Counted from the first letter of the stretch, positions 11,817-26,191 are shown. The stretch: 64,000 nucleotides of DNA from Octopus vulgaris (GCA_951406725.2 OX597835.1:14880001-14944000), one strand, 5' to 3'. Made by a program: numbers and translations. The notes: generated from the letters alone by a model not told the origin.

Positions 11817-12673
11817 AAATACCTACTTCTTTACTACCCACAAGAGGCTAAACACAGAGAGGACAAACAAGGACAGACAAACGGAATAAGTCGATTATAT
11901 CGACCCCCAGTGCGTAACTGGTACTTATTTAATCGACCCCGAAAGGATGAAAGGCAAAGTCGACCTCGGCGGAATTTGAACTCAGAACGTAGCCGTAGAC
12001 GAAATACCTATTTCTTTACTACCCACAAGGGGCTAAACACAGAGAGGACAAACGAGGACAGACAAACGGATTAAGTCGTTTATATCGACCCCAGTGCGTA
12101 ACTGGTACTTATTTAATCGACCCCGAAAGGATGAAAGGCAAAGTCGACCTCGGCGGAATTTGAACTCAGAACGTAGCGGCTGACGAAATACCTATTTCTT
12201 TACTAACCACAAGGGGCTAAACACAGAAAGGACAAACAAGGACAGACAAACGGATTAAGTCGATTATATCAACCCCAGTGCGTAGCTGGTACTTATTTAA
12301 TCGACCCCGAAACGATGAAAGGCAAAGTCGACCTCGGCGGAATTTGAACTCAGAACGTAGCTGTAGACGAAATACCTATTTCTTTACTACCCACAATGGG
12401 CTAAACACAGAGAGGACAAACAAGGACAGACAAACGGATTAAGTCGATTATATCGACCCCCAGTGCGTAACTGGTACTTATTTAATCGATCCCGAAAGGA
12501 TGAAAGGCAAAGTCGACCTCGGCGGAATTTGAACTCAGAACGTAGCCGTAGACAAAATACCTATTTCTTTACTACCCACAAGGGGCTAAACACAGAGAGG
12601 ACAAACAAGGACAGACAAACGGATTAAGTCGATTATATCGACACCAGTGCGTAACTGGTACTTATTTAATCGA
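11817..12673 (-). repeat. headless tandem array of about 4.6 SINE B1 units (~185 bp)
   Basis: AAATACCTATTTCTTTACTACCCACAAG recurs at about 11817, 12002, 12186, 12370, 12555. Confidence 0.92.
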
Positions 12674-12695
12674 TGAGCCCCCACCCCTTGAAATG

Positions 12696-13499
12696 TCAAG
12701 CCTTGTACCTATTGGATTATTGCATGTTTCTCTTTTTAATTGCCGAACAGCCTAATTTTTTTTAAAAGTTATTACACTAATATCATAAAAAAATAAAGCA
12801 TTATTGATTAAAAAAGATATTTGAATGTAATTGCAAATTCATTTCAAAATACAAACACATTACGATACGATCCTGCACACACACACACACACAATGTCAA
12901 CTAAATTCCACACACATCAAAAATCTATGGCAGAAAATACACGGTCAATGATTCGTACGACAGCTGGCAGCACGGGCAATAATTTCTATAGGCAATATTG
13001 TTGTTTACACCAGGGATACGAAACGTAACAGCATAACTGTTGGCTATAATTTCTGTCAAAAATCTGTAGAGATAACCTCTTCGAACAACGAAATCAAGCC
13101 TTGTACCTATTGGATTATTGCATGTTTCTCTTTTTAATTGCCGAACAGCCTAATTTTTTTAAAGTTATTACACTAATATCATAAAAAAATAAAGCATTAT
13201 TGATTAAAAAGATATTTGAATGTAATTGCAAATTCATTTCAAAATACAAACACATTACGATACGATCCTGCGCACACACACACACACACACAATGTCAAC
13301 TAAATTCCACACACATCCAAAATCTATGGCAGAAAATACACGGTCAATGATTCGTACGACAGCTGGCAGCACGGGCAATCATTTCTATAGACAATATTGT
13401 TGTTTACACCAGGGATGCGAAACTAGTCGTAACAGAATAACTGTTGGCTATGATTTCTGTCAAAAATCTGTAGAGATAACCTCTTCGAACAACGAAATC
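12696..13499. repeat. tandem direct duplication, ~400 bp unit x2
   Basis: TCAAGCCTTGTACCTATTGGATTATTGCATG at 12696 and 13094; both units end CTCTTCGAACAACGAAATC. Confidence 0.95.
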
Positions 13500-16297
13500 G
13501 AACTCTGTGGTTTGAGAAGTGAAACTCTGAACCACGGAAACATGTCTAATAAAGTTTCTCGCAAAATAAAAATCAGATTGGTTTTCCTAGTTTGACAGTC
13601 AGTCTTCTATTTTAAACTTTGTAATTTGACAAACCTCTTACCCAGCTTCTAGAAATTCAAGGGTAGTGTGCAACATTATGCAACATACTGTACCCTGTAC
13701 TGAATAAACAGACTCTCTTTGAGATTGGTTGCTTTGCATATGCAGTGTCAAAGAAAAGTTGAAGAACAAACCTTTGACAACAATTACACTGCTTTAGAAT
13801 TGTATTAATTTTGGACCTGTAATTTATTAAATAACATCACACTCTTTTTCGTTTTGGAATTTGGTTTGCAAGATTCTTTATATGAGTTCGTGTGTTGAAG
13901 CATATTCTGTTGTGTCTGGGGAGAGTCATTTTCTTTTTGTGCCAAGAAATAAGTGGAAATTTGACCGGTGAGTGTGTTAAATTATAAGGCACAAAAAAAG
14001 AAAATGACTCTCCCCTGACACAACAGATCATGTTCCTTTGTTTTCCTTCAACTTTCATCTTATAAATATTATACTGTGTACATGGCGCACTAGGGTATAT
14101 TTTAAGAATTTTCAGTGGGTTAATAAATATCCTTTCAACTATAAGCCCAAGGCCTAAAATTCCTTTTATTGGTGTATATGTATGAGGGGGATGGGGTTGC
14201 AAAGAGAAAGAGGAAGAAAGAGAAAAAGGACCGGAGAAAGAAAACACATCTGTAGACTAGAGGATGGAGCCTCTTTATGATGGGGTCCACGCCACTCAGC
14301 TGTGGACCCCAACATAGAGAGATCTCATCATGACAAGAACGAGAGTCTGTAGCAGCAGTACTGTTCATGGTTTGGGGGTGATATTCTATTTGTGGAAAGC
14401 TGTAGTGTTGTCTGATCCTGAAAAGCAATAATAAGCTTTGAGATATTGAGAGTGAAATACCCTCTTTATTGGAAAAGAATGGAAAATGTGATTTATTCAT
14501 AAAAACTAAAGACGTAAGTGAGTGGTGCACGGCTGACGTTTAAAGAAGATGTTTTATAGATGCAGTCTTTTAGAAAGACATGCATTTGTAGGTGGACAGC
14601 GATTGCATAAAGCTATAAGTGTAAACATTTATACATATTTCACATGTACCATATGTAAATTTGACGAAGTTATCGATCTTTTAGCCTCTTTTAACTTTTT
14701 GTGAGCGCAATATATCTTGGGGGTTAAACAGCGAATCAAATGGGGGATATTTCCGTAAATATATTACAAAAAAAGCTGTCTTTGATCTTTCAGATTGCAA
14801 CTTGAACAACTAGTCTTCTATACTCTACCCATAACGTTAAGGAGGGGGAAAAAATCCGAAAAATAAACCAAAAAAGCGATTTTGCTAGATTTATTTATTT
14901 ACTGCACTAATACTCTCCAAGATGTAATATTATCAAAAACAGCATTATGCAAGGAAAACCGTAAAAATAGAAAACATACTTTAAAAATTTATGAGGGGGG
15001 AAAAAAAGTGTATAGAATTTCTGAAATCTGAGATAATAAACAATCTGTTCTTGTCTTGCTGCTGTCATTGATATTATTGACAGGTCTCATAATCTTCTTT
15101 CATTTTGGTCATACCTGTTAAAAATATCAATACTGCTACAAGGTAACTCTGACATTTATTGCAAATGAATCAGGAATAAATGTAACTCTCTTGTCAGTAA
15201 TAACATCAACTTCATAACAGCACTCTGTTTTGGGCAGATATAAGTAGAATCAGTTTGGCTAAGTCTATTCTACAGCAATATAAAATAGAGAGCCTAGAAA
15301 AGACGAAATAATATTTTCGATTTATATATATATATAGTATTTATTAAGCGTTTCCAAAACAAAACGTGAAACGGTGACATAAAATATACTCAATCTTGGA
15401 TTACACAAAGGAAAATTTAAGCTCCTTAATTCTGCTTTTCAATAATAAAATTGTTCACTTCAAGGAAACAAATTATAAGGAAAGCTGTTCTGTAATAGCA
15501 ATCTTTGGCTTATTTCATAATTACGCTTGTCGCAACTTCAGCAAAAATACTCGATAAACAACCAATTTAATAGAAAGCTTCGGCTGTATTTCCAAAACTT
15601 CAGTTCTGGATATCGTTGACGATGAAGGCATCGTTAATGCCACTACTTTGAGAAGCTCCTTCTTTTAGAAGGAAAGTTTAAATGAAAAGTTACAATTTAG
15701 GATTTCCGAAAATCACGATGGATTGATGTCTTGATTACTATTCGACAAATTGGTTAAGCATCGTCTCGTGTTATTTAATATTATAAACATTTGGAAAGTG
15801 TTATTGTTCGAGTTACATGCAAAGCCATTCTCTTTCATCACTTCGGTTCCTATATCCCCCACTCTTTCACACACACACACACACACACAGATCTCGTATT
15901 CAGTTATGTGCGTGCGCATGTCCAATTTGTCATTGTTTTCAATGATTTATCTTCATTAATTAAACAATATGTAATTAAAATATTTCGAATGGCTTTTCAG
16001 TGTGTGATCCTTGTGACCTGACAATGGATTTCGGTTTGTCACATGACGCAATGCAAAGTGTGAAAGCATTAGCCTGAAATAACAAGCCATCTAGGATTTT
16101 CGAAGAATAATTAAAATAACTGAAATTATTGTTGTGTTGTTCTTGATCATGCCCCCTATCATAAATAGGCTTGAGTATTTGTCAGATGCTGTTCGTTTAC
16201 AGGGTTTAACTATTCCGATTTCGAAAATTCCCCTTCAACAGATGATAATTATGTTGAAGAAGAGACGAGAGGTTGGCATCCAATAAGGATGAAATGC

Positions 16298-16342
<45 letters not shown>

Positions 16343-16345
<3 letters not shown>

Positions 16346-16573
16346 GGTGAGCTGGCAGAAACGTTAGCGCGCCGGGCGAAATGCGTAGCCGTATTTCATC
16401 TGTCGTTACGTTCCGAGTTCAAATTTCGCCGAGGTCGACTTTGCCTTTCATCCTTTCGGGGTCGATAAATTAAGTACCAGTTACGCACTGGGGTCGATGT
16501 AATCGACTTAATCCGTTTGTCGGTCCTTGTTTGTCCCCTCTGTGTTTAGCTCCTTGTGGGTAGTAAAGAAATA
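16343..16573 (+). mobile_element. SINE group B1 monomer, full length, in a (TA)n tract
   Basis: GGCGGTGAGCTGGCAGAAACGTTAGC...GAGTTCAAAT...CCTTGTGGGTAGTAAAGAAATA, with TA repeats on both sides. Confidence 0.92.
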
Positions 16574-16624
16574 TATATATATATGGTGGGAGTGCAGCTT
16601 ATAGATCTTAACAGAAGTTTCTAT

Positions 16625-16725
16625 CAGGGATTTGGTCGGGCCGAGGCTATATAGTAGAAGACACTTGCAGTGGGACTGAACCCGGAACATTGTGGTTGGG
16701 AAGCAAGCTTCTTACTACACAGTTA
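16625..16725 (-). mobile_element. SINE group C head fragment
   Basis: GTAGAAGACACTTGCAGTGGGACTGAACCCGGAAC...GCAAGCTTCTTAC. Confidence 0.75.
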
Positions 16726-16728
16726 CGC

Positions 16729-16807
<79 letters not shown>

Positions 16808-16998
16808 CGGGTGTGTATGATTGTGTATAGAAGAATATATTAATAAAAGGAATTCCGACCTTGTCTGATTTTCACGTTTTATTTACAATCTTATAATGAT
16901 ATATGATAATATAATAAAATAAAATAAAGTAATAGAATGTTAAATGTTCATTCTGATTGAACTAGTACTTTCATGCATTAAATTCTGCAATCTTCAGG

Positions 16999-17069
16999 TT
17001 CATGTAGTAGTGGTGACAGTCATGCTTCACAATTTCATGTAGTAGTGGTGATAGTCATGCTTCACAATA
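16999..17069. repeat. 35-bp tandem duplication
   Basis: TTCATGTAGTAGTGGTGAYAGTCATGCTTCACAAT x2. Confidence 0.85.
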
Positions 17070-17597
17070 TATATTATATAGCTCAGACGTGCTTTGTGTG
17101 TCTAATTGGAAGAAATGCCTAGCAGAAATTTGTCGTTAGTAATTGGAACGTATCCTGAATTCTTTGATAATGGAATTACGCATGACGTCACCTTCAAATC
17201 AATCTCAAAAATGATAAGAAAGTAGGCACCATAAAAATCATCTGGTTTATGCAAAGAACGGAGTTGGTGGCTTAGAATAAAATGCAATTTCTGGGTTTTA
17301 GAGGAGGAAAACAAAAATAATTACTAATTTCTTACACATTTTAATTTCTAGCGCACAGTATTACGAACGAACAAACATCTGCCGTGTGTCTGTAGAAATG
17401 AGAGACATAGAAAGGGCAGCTGCGGAAATTGGTTGGATGTGACAGGAAGCTAAACAAAGTGAGTAGTAAACATATTTATAACTTAATTCTAATGGGAAAG
17501 AAAACACAGAATAACAGAAATTTTTGTGTGAAAACACGGTTTTTTTTTGGCATAAAAGAAAATTGAAAGACAAAAACATCGAAGTGAATACGACTTG

Positions 17598-18100
17598 TAC
17601 ATACATGCATATATACAAGCATACATACATACATACATACATACAAGCATACATACAAACATACATACATACATACATACATACATACATACATACAAAC
17701 ATACATACATACATACATACACACATACATACATACACACATACATACATACAAGCATACATACATACATACATACATACATACATACACACATACATAC
17801 ATACAACACACACATACATACATACATACATACATACATACATACATACAAGCACACATACAAACATACATACATACAAGCATACATACTTACATACATA
17901 CAAGGACACATACATATATACAAGCATACATACATATGCATACATACATACAAGCATATATACATACATACATGGACACATACATACATACATACATACA
18001 TACAAGGACACATACAAATATACATACATACATACATATATACAAGGACACCTACAAATATACATACATACAAGCATACATATATACAAGGACACATACA
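17598..18100. repeat. (CATA)n microsatellite with recurring AAGC/AAGGACA variants
   Basis: Seen directly. Confidence 0.95.
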
Positions 18101-18120
18101 AAAATACAATGTATATGAAT

Positions 18121-18330
18121 CTTTTATCTTTTACTAGTTTCAGTCATTAGATTACGACCATGCAGAGGCATCACCTTGAAGAATTTATAGTTGAATGAAT
18201 CGACGCAAGTACGAAATGTTTTTGCTAAGCCTGGTACTTATTCAATCGATCTCTTTAGCCGAACCGCTAACACACCAACACCTATTGTCAAGCGTCGGTG
18301 GGAGACAAACACAGGCACTAGACACCTACA

Positions 18331-18402
<72 letters not shown>

Positions 18403-18523
18403 GATGGGCTTCCTTCAGTTTCCGTCTACAAAATGCACTCACTAGGCTTCGGTTGGCCCGGGGCTATAGTAGAAGACATTTGCTCAAAGTGCCATGCACT
18501 GGGACTGAACTGGGAACCATGTG
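18121..18523 (-). mobile_element. SINE group C, older copy
   Basis: Tail TTTCAGTCATTAGATTACGACCATGC, internal (TA)n(GA)n, head GGGACTGAACTGGGAACCATGTG. Confidence 0.82.
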
Positions 18524-18558
18524 TGTAAATATATATATATAAAACATTTATGCATACA

Positions 18559-18723
18559 GGAGTGGCTGTGTGGTAAGTAGCTTGCTTAAGAACCACATGG
18601 TTCCGGGTTTAGTTCCACTGCGTGGTACCTTGGGTAAGTGTCTTCTACTATAGCCTCGGGCCGACCAAAGCCTTGTGAGTGGATTTGGTAAACGGAAACT
18701 GAAAGAAGCCCGTCGTATATATG

Positions 18724-18760
<37 letters not shown>

Positions 18761-18975
18761 ATGTGCGTGTTTATGTGTCTGTGTTTGTCCCCCCAACATC
18801 GCTTGACAACCGATGCTGGTGTGTTTACGTCCCCGTAACTTAGCGGTTCGGCAAAAAGAGGCCGATAACATAAGTACTAGGCTTACAAAGAATAAGTCCT
18901 GGGGTCGATTTGATCGACTAAAAGGCGGTGCTCCAGCATGGCCACAGTCAAATGGCCACTGAAACAAGTAAGAGA
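18559..18975 (+). mobile_element. SINE group C, full length
   Basis: GGAGTGGCTGTGTGGTAAGTAGCTTGC...GTGGTACCTTGGGTAAGTG...GGCGGTGCTCCAGCATGGCCACAGTC...ACTGAAACAAG. Confidence 0.92.
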
Positions 18976-20098
18976 AAAAAAAAAAGAGAAATACATATAC
19001 ACCCCTACATAAATACACGCGCGCTGGCGCACATATACGTTTGCAAGTGTTTGAGCATGTATGGCCGTGTAGCTGTATGAGCGCATGCGCACACGCCTGC
19101 ACTAGTGCGTACCTATCTATCACTATATTTTGGCAGCTGGTATTTAGCACTAATCCAATAGCTGTTAAAGAATTTTTCGTGTAATTTAATAGAAATATGT
19201 AAGAGTTAGTTATGCGTTATAGTCTGTAAGACTGTGAGACTGCGCGGGAAAGATATTATCTAATGCATATATTTACATAAATCACTGAATTACCGTTTTT
19301 GCAAACCATAATATTATAACAGAATGTTATATCAACTGAGTGTCGTCAAAATTCTGATCAAATTTAAGGTGTGAATTCTTTTGCTTCTCAAATTAATCCG
19401 TAAGCAACTGTTTGTAAATTATAGAAAAGAAAGTTTACAGTTTGTTGGAAGAAATTTGTCGGAGTTCGTCACCAAAGAATTTCTGTAAAAGTTCCAATGA
19501 AGGAAAGACTTGTTGCTGCTACAGACATAGCTTCCTGTCGTAGAATAACACTTTGGCAACAATACCAATTTTTTAAACTAACACCACAACTAGTGCCGCC
19601 AACGTCACCATCTTTATCACAATTACCACCACTACCAATGCCACTATTACAAGCACCACCGCCGACACTATTGCTACTTTACCTAAATTTGCCTAAACCG
19701 TTGCCACTTCTTCCACCACCGCCACACCGCTATAAAAATGTAGTTCGTGTGAAGTTGGACGTCGCAGAGAAGGAAGTAGGTAAGATTTATAACGGAGATG
19801 ACGGAAGATGGAAGGAAGATGAACAAAGGAGAGAGTTGATTGATAGTGAATGTGGTGAAGGGGTCGGGGGAGCGAGTGTAGGATGTGGGAGTGTGAGATT
19901 GAGTGTGTGTGTGTGATTGTGTATGTTTGTAAATGTATAGGAATGTTAATGTACGTGTGTGTATATGTGAGCGAGTGTGAGTGAGTATGTGTGCGTGGCG
20001 GGAGTGCGAGAGTGTGTTTGCAAAGATAACAGAGATTGGTATTGGGATTAGAGACAAATGGGGGGAAAAAAAGGGTCGTTTTTTTGTTGTTAGTATTA

Positions 20099-20432
20099 GG
20101 GAGCACTCCGTCGGTTACGACGACGAGGGTCCTAGATAATACTATCAACGGAACAAGCTTGCTCGTGAAATTAACGTGCAAGTGGTTGAGCACTCCACAG
20201 ATACGTTTACCCTTAACGGAGTTCTCAGGGAGATTCAGCGTGACAGAGGGTTTGACAAGGCTGGTTCCCTTTGAAATACAGGTAAAACTCATTTTTGCCA
20301 GCTGAGTGAACTGGAGCAACGTGAAATGAAATAAAGTGTCTTGCTTAAGGACACAACGCGTCGCCGGGAATTGAACTCACGACCTTACGATTGTGAGCCG
20401 AATGCCCTAACCACTAAGCCACGCACCTTCAC
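20099..20432 (-). mobile_element. SINE group A2 (different tRNA head and CORE-like GTGTCCTTAAGCAAGACAC, same tail as A1)
   Basis: TSD TTGTTAGTAT at 20087-20096 and 20433-20442. Confidence 0.9.
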
Positions 20433-20519
20433 TTGTTAGTATGCATAACGTGAAAAAAAGGGGATTGTGTTTGTATGCAAACGAGAGGAGAGAGAGGCGA
20501 GAAGGAAAGGAGAAGATTC

Positions 20520-20684
20520 AGAGAGGAAGAGAGCGAGTGTACGAGAGAGAGAGAATGTACGAAAGAGAGAGAGAGAGAGAGAGAGAGAGTACGAAAGAGA
20601 GAGAGAGAGAGAGTACGAGAGAGAGAGAGTACGAAAGAGAGAGAGAGAGAGAGTACGAGAGAGAGTACGAAAGAGAGAGAGTAC

Positions 20685-20722
<38 letters not shown>

Positions 20723-20850
20723 GAAACAGAGAGACAGAGAGAGAGTGTACGAAAGAGAGAGAGAGTACGAAAGAGAGAGAGAGTACGAAAGAGAGAGAGA
20801 GAGAGAGTACGAAACAGAGAGACAGAGAGAGAGTGTACGAAAGAGAGAGA
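20520..20850. repeat. (GA)n tract periodically interrupted by GTACGAAA
   Basis: Seen directly. Confidence 0.9.
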
Positions 20851-21248
20851 ATATTTGCATCTCATCCCAACGTAATCAATACACGAATCACGTGGCACGA
20901 CATTTATTTGCCCATTTCTTCCTCACCTTTTAATTTTTCGCCCTATCCACGCCTTCCCCCACACCTATTCTCTCTCCTGTTCATTATAGCTGAGTAAACT
21001 GCTCGGCTCCTAATGAAACCCCTATCGCTAGCAAAGCTTGAAAGTAAAGATTAGAGCATTAACTACGGTTGACTGGCTTAAGAGACGGTCAACTGAACTT
21101 AGCCGCCGTGAGATTGTATATCGTTACGGAGTTTGTGTTAAAACCTTGGGTTTGATAACATCCTCTTCACCCCCACCAACACCAACAAGGCAAAGAAGAA
21201 AATAACCAAAAACGGGGGGAATGAGACCAATGAAGGAGTATTTCCCCT

Positions 21249-21279
<31 letters not shown>

Positions 21280-21519
21280 ACCTAGACGCTTGAGTTGCTA
21301 GAAATAACAATGAAATCTTGAGCAAACCGAACCATAATTCCTTGAAAACAGAAAGTATGTATACGCTTTGAATAATGCAGTTCGTGATCTATAAAAAGAC
21401 GGGATGGGCATAGTTGGAACGCCTTTGATCACAGCTCTGCTCGATCGGAGTTTATCTGACGCTTCGCAAGAGCCACAACAAAAAAGAAGGGGAAGGTAAC
21501 AGACAGAGAGAGAGAGAGT

Positions 21520-21565
<46 letters not shown>

Positions 21566-21689
21566 GTGCGAGTGGATGAAGAGGTGAAGTCTGTGGACAA
21601 TAAAGATGAGGTCTGAAAGTTTTTGGCATCGAGATTAAATTATCTTGTTAAAGAATATCCACTATCACAAGAAATTCCTTCTTTACCGA

Positions 21690-21756
<67 letters not shown>

Positions 21757-21759
<3 letters not shown>

Positions 21760-21884
21760 AGAGTTTACGTTAAAAAACAAAAGACGAAGACAGGTGGTAT
21801 ACAAGACAAACAGATGTATTAGTATAACGCTCAGGAATAGAAAAAGTATTTTACGTTTCGAGCCTACGCTCTTCTACAGAAAGA
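21757..21884 (-). mobile_element. (TA)n-adjacent Penelope-like LTR fragment with variant hammerhead motif (21848-21884)
   Basis: Minus TCTTT CTGTAGA A GAGC GTAG GCTC GAAA C GTA AAAT; homologous to 26192-26402, 35135-35250, 37316-37507. Confidence 0.65.
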
Positions 21885-22043
21885 TTTTGAAGTTTTTAAT
21901 GTTAAGTTTTAATTCACCTAAACAAAACGGATTTTCCCTTTTTCCATGATGGAATCAGGACATTCATCAATAAAAAAAAAACTCAGTGAATTTCAACCCA
22001 GTTGTGATAATATAAAGCGTCTGAATTAAATGCATTCAAAGTA

Positions 22044-22329
22044 CAGTAATTCCTCGCCATATCACGGTTCGCTTATCGCGGTTTATTATTTAAGCTTACG
22101 TCGATTCCTTCGTAGTGTTGTTTGCATTTATGACAAAATATATATAAATTATAAAAATAATTTTAAAAATTAATATACAGTACTTAATATACCAGCGGTG
22201 GTGCCCCAGCATGGCCGCGGCCTTCGGGCTAAAACACTTTTAAGGATTTAAGTACTGTTTTTACTTCGCGGATTTTCACCTATCGCGAGGGATTTTGGAA
22301 CGTAACGCGCGATAGTCGAGGTATTACTG
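22044..22329. mobile_element. pogo/Tigger-like MITE with TA TSD, carrying a nested SINE tail (about 22185-22250)
   Basis: TA|CAGTAATTCCTCGCCATATCACG ... CGCGATAGTCGAGGTATTACTG|TA imperfect TIRs; inner GGTGGTGCCCCAGCATGGCCGCGG flanked by AGTACT. Confidence 0.8.
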
Positions 22330-23059
22330 TATCTTCATTTGGTTTCCCTTTAATATTATATCTTATACGGTTTGATACCTTTACAAACTCACCTGTCCAG
22401 ATACCACTTACGACGACACTAAACAGGATTTGGAATGGTTTGTTATTATACATACACACACCCCTGCATACATGCGTGTGCAAACGCGTGTTGTCAGTTA
22501 TGTGACAGCTTTATTACATACCAAGGCACATCCAACTACAATTGCATCGACTGCATTCTTTCTCAATATCTGACACAAAATAATATTTAGCAATAAACAT
22601 GACACCAACGATAGGATTCACTTCAACTTGTACAAAGTAAATATTCCTAATAGCAGAATATTTTCTATCACACAAAACTTACTTTTCTTGAAATATCTGT
22701 CAGCTCCGTATCCGTCAGCAAACATCCTCTCTGATAAAAACACATCATTTTTATTTGATAGACCGGAAGAATCCTCGATATACGCCTTACTTAGCTTAAT
22801 GGAACTTAATATTGCAAAAGCTTTTCACTTTGTTTCAAATGGGAATCTTAACGCATTTTGCCACGATTAAAATTCATCTTATTATCATATTCATGACGGC
22901 GCATGCCTTTTTTTGCACGCGTATCGGGTGGAAAGACAAGACTAATATAAAATATACAGATATAAAAAAATCTTTAGTGTTCTTTATTTATTTGTGGATA
23001 AGAATATCATTGCACTGGTCTTTGACAGAAATAATAATAATAATAATAATAATAATCAT

Positions 23060-23430
23060 AGTTTCAAATTTTGACACAAGACCAGCAATTTTGGGGGAAT
23101 GGGTTAAGTCGATTACATTAGCTCCCCACTCCACCCCTAGCGTTCAACTAGTAGTTATTTTATCGACCCCGAAAGGATGAAAGACAATGTCGACCTAGAC
23201 GGGAATTCGAGCTCAGAACGTGAAGACAGACGAAAAGGCCGCTAAGCATTTCGCTCGGCGTCCTAACGAATCTCTCACAAAACACCTCATTCGAAGTTAC
23301 TGGCTATGTCGATTAAATCGACCCCAAAAGGAAGAAAGGTAAGTCGACCTCAGTGGAATTTGAACCCAGAACGCAAAGCCAAAAAAAAAAATGTTGGTAA
23401 GCATTTTCTTTGCTGCAGCAACGATTCTGC
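23060..23430 (-). mobile_element. two degenerate SINE B2 copies adjoining (AAT)n
   Basis: TTTCAAATTTTGACACAAGACCAGCAATT...GGATGAAAGACAATGTCGACC...GCTAAGCATTTCG. Confidence 0.72.
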
Positions 23431-24603
23431 CACCTTGCATCATCATCATCATTATTACTATTACTATTATTATTATTATTATTTATTTATTCATTTATTA
23501 TCCAGCTCAGTTCTGACCATTTTTCAGCATAAAGAATCTTAGAGAAGGTTAAAAAAATTGCCAATGAAGAGAATTCTGTTATTTGTCTCCACTTTGCTAA
23601 TATTATTGCTATTATTATATTTCTTTTCTTAATTCGCGAAAATCCGTTGGAATATTATAAAGTAGCTGTCGTTTTCTAAATGCAGAGAGTAAATGGACAT
23701 TGAAAATATTAAAAGTTATTCATAAATTGGTCACGTTAATGCATTCTTAATGGAACTGTTTCGACGCAAACAATCAGTCATAGAAGCATTTCATAAAATT
23801 CTTTCTCACACACACACACGTGTTTTTCCCTCTTTCTTTTTTTATTTTTATTTTTTTTGCTTAACGGTGTCCTCATTAGATTCAGTGTTTTTAACAGTAT
23901 TCTATGAAATGCTATGATCGAGTGTAAAGTCAAATAAATACCCTACCATTCTCGCCAAGTTTAAAACGGTAACCATCTCATATGAAGCAGTGTTCTAACT
24001 CTAATGCAATTTAATGTGATTCAAGAATTCGGTTTCAATATCTGATGAAGGACTATTATACGAAGCGTATATAAATTTTTGTAATCATATACTGAATAAC
24101 TATTGTTATTGATATATTGCTTGTGAGGAAAAGTTAGCCTGTCATTATATTGAGCAGAAATTATACGCCTATTTGATCGGGTGGTCTTTCACGAACATGT
24201 GGTTTTGGTTTCTGCCCCGCTGCGTAGCACCTTGGCCAACTGTCATCAATGATAAAAGGCAAAGACGATCCCGGCAGGATTTGAATTCAGAATGCAAAGA
24301 GGTGGCACAAATACAGCAAGATATTTTTGATTGACACTACCGATTCCGGTAATTTATGGGGAGAATTTAGTTGAATTTGTTGACATTAATTCTCAGTATT
24401 TAATTGATCGCGGAGGAATGAACAGTAAAGGAATTTGATCTCAGAACCTAAACATCCGTTACAAATACTGCAAGGTATCGTAACAGCTCTGCAAAACTGT
24501 CGACCGTCCATTTCCATCCGTTCTAAATCCTCTTGAAAAACTCACCAATTCACAAATAAAATAATAAAGATGGCGACACCAACGTTCTTGCTTTATATAA
24601 ATA

Positions 24604-24997
24604 CTAGCAATATCGCCCGGCGTTGCTCGGGTTTGTAAGGGAAATAACTATATAAGCATTTTTAGAGAGTATAATAGCCATCTCAATATGGCTAACCACA
24701 AAAGGGGGGGGGGGGTTACTGTAGCTTTTTACGTTCTGAGATTTAATAATAAAGTTTTAAAGAGTTACTTCCCTTATATATGCCAAAAATGCATTAAAAA
24801 TGGGAAAAATTGATGGTAAATTTTTTTTTAAATCGTAGACTCATCGTAGACGCGCGATAATACCCAGAAGGGCTCGATATGAATCACGACTATAAGATAC
24901 CCGGTTTTGGTTAAACTGCACCGCAAAATGTGGGAGTAGTTAGGAATCTAAATCGTAGGAGATAGACAGCACACAACCTCACTTTTATATATAAAGA
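24604..24997 (-). mobile_element. non-autonomous Helitron, complete
   Basis: Minus 5' TCTTTATATATAAAAG, 3' GC hairpin CCCGAGCAACGCCGGG (24616-24631) followed by CTAG; inserted between A and T, no TSD. Confidence 0.88.
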
Positions 24998-25576
24998 TTT
25001 CCATATAATAGACGAAACTGGGCAACTGCGAAAGTTAAATTCTTATGGGAGGTGGCGGCAGAGGAGAGGGAAGATTGCTTTAAGATGCAAAAAGAAAATT
25101 TAAGATGTGCATTGAGAATGGAATGTAGACCGAGTGAGAATTGGGGTTGTCAGTTGTTTAGGAGAGAGAAAGGGCGGGAAGACATACATATCTAATATAT
25201 ACAAAATAACTGTTAACTGGGGTAGAATAATCTGTCTTAAGATATTTCTTGGCGTTTATGTTAACGAGTGCAATGGTTTTGGTGTATCGACAATAAACAA
25301 GAAGAAATAGCACAGGAACGCAGACTATATATATATATATTAATAAATAAAACATATGCATATATATAAACATATATGTACGTACATACCTCTACATGTA
25401 CATATACACGCATATATGGGTACAGGACACCAAAAAGACGTCGAACACAATGAGAAACGAAAACAGACACAAACCCAAGGAACTGGACGTTTTTTTAAAC
25501 AACAAAAAAATAGAGTAGAGGACAAATAACACAAGGAAAAAAAACCCTTCTTCAGTCGCTATGGTTTCATCTACTC

Positions 25577-25678
<102 letters not shown>

Positions 25679-26191
25679 GGTTATTTCTGTTTTGATTGTA
25701 CACGTAAAATTTCCTTCTTGCAAAATATGTGTTGCTTCAATGTTTAAGTTTATATGTGTGTGTGTGTGGTGGAGTTTGAGGGTTGTGTGTGGAAGGGTTG
25801 TGTGCATGTGGGAGGGGGCGATGAAGCTACATGCAGTATCATGTAGTATCATGTAGTATCATGTGACAATTGAAAAAAAAGCAACAACAAAAATGCTGCT
25901 GAAAGCTAAATCTATAGAAGTTGGAAAGTTCGCTAATTCTTGCTGAGAGTTCTCAAAGGGAGGATGACAAAGTGTCGCAGAAGGGAAAAAATTCTTTCTT
26001 CCCTTAGAAATCAGTGTAACATGTTGTTGTTAACAATACTTATATATATTTATATATATATATATATATATATATACTGTACACACACATATATATATAT
26101 ATATACACACACAAACATATACTTGCATACACACATATATATATATATGCACATACACTTACACATATATACACATATGCACACACACACC

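Noticed and set aside
19497-19916. Pro-rich 139-aa ORF
   Set aside because: Derived from degenerate (CCA)n and purine-rich simple sequence
24042-24075. CTGATGA...GAAG hammerhead-like text (similar isolated CTGANGA at 2456, 3959, 4117, 38755, 49273)
   Set aside because: Missing GAAA and/or no pairing for stems I and II
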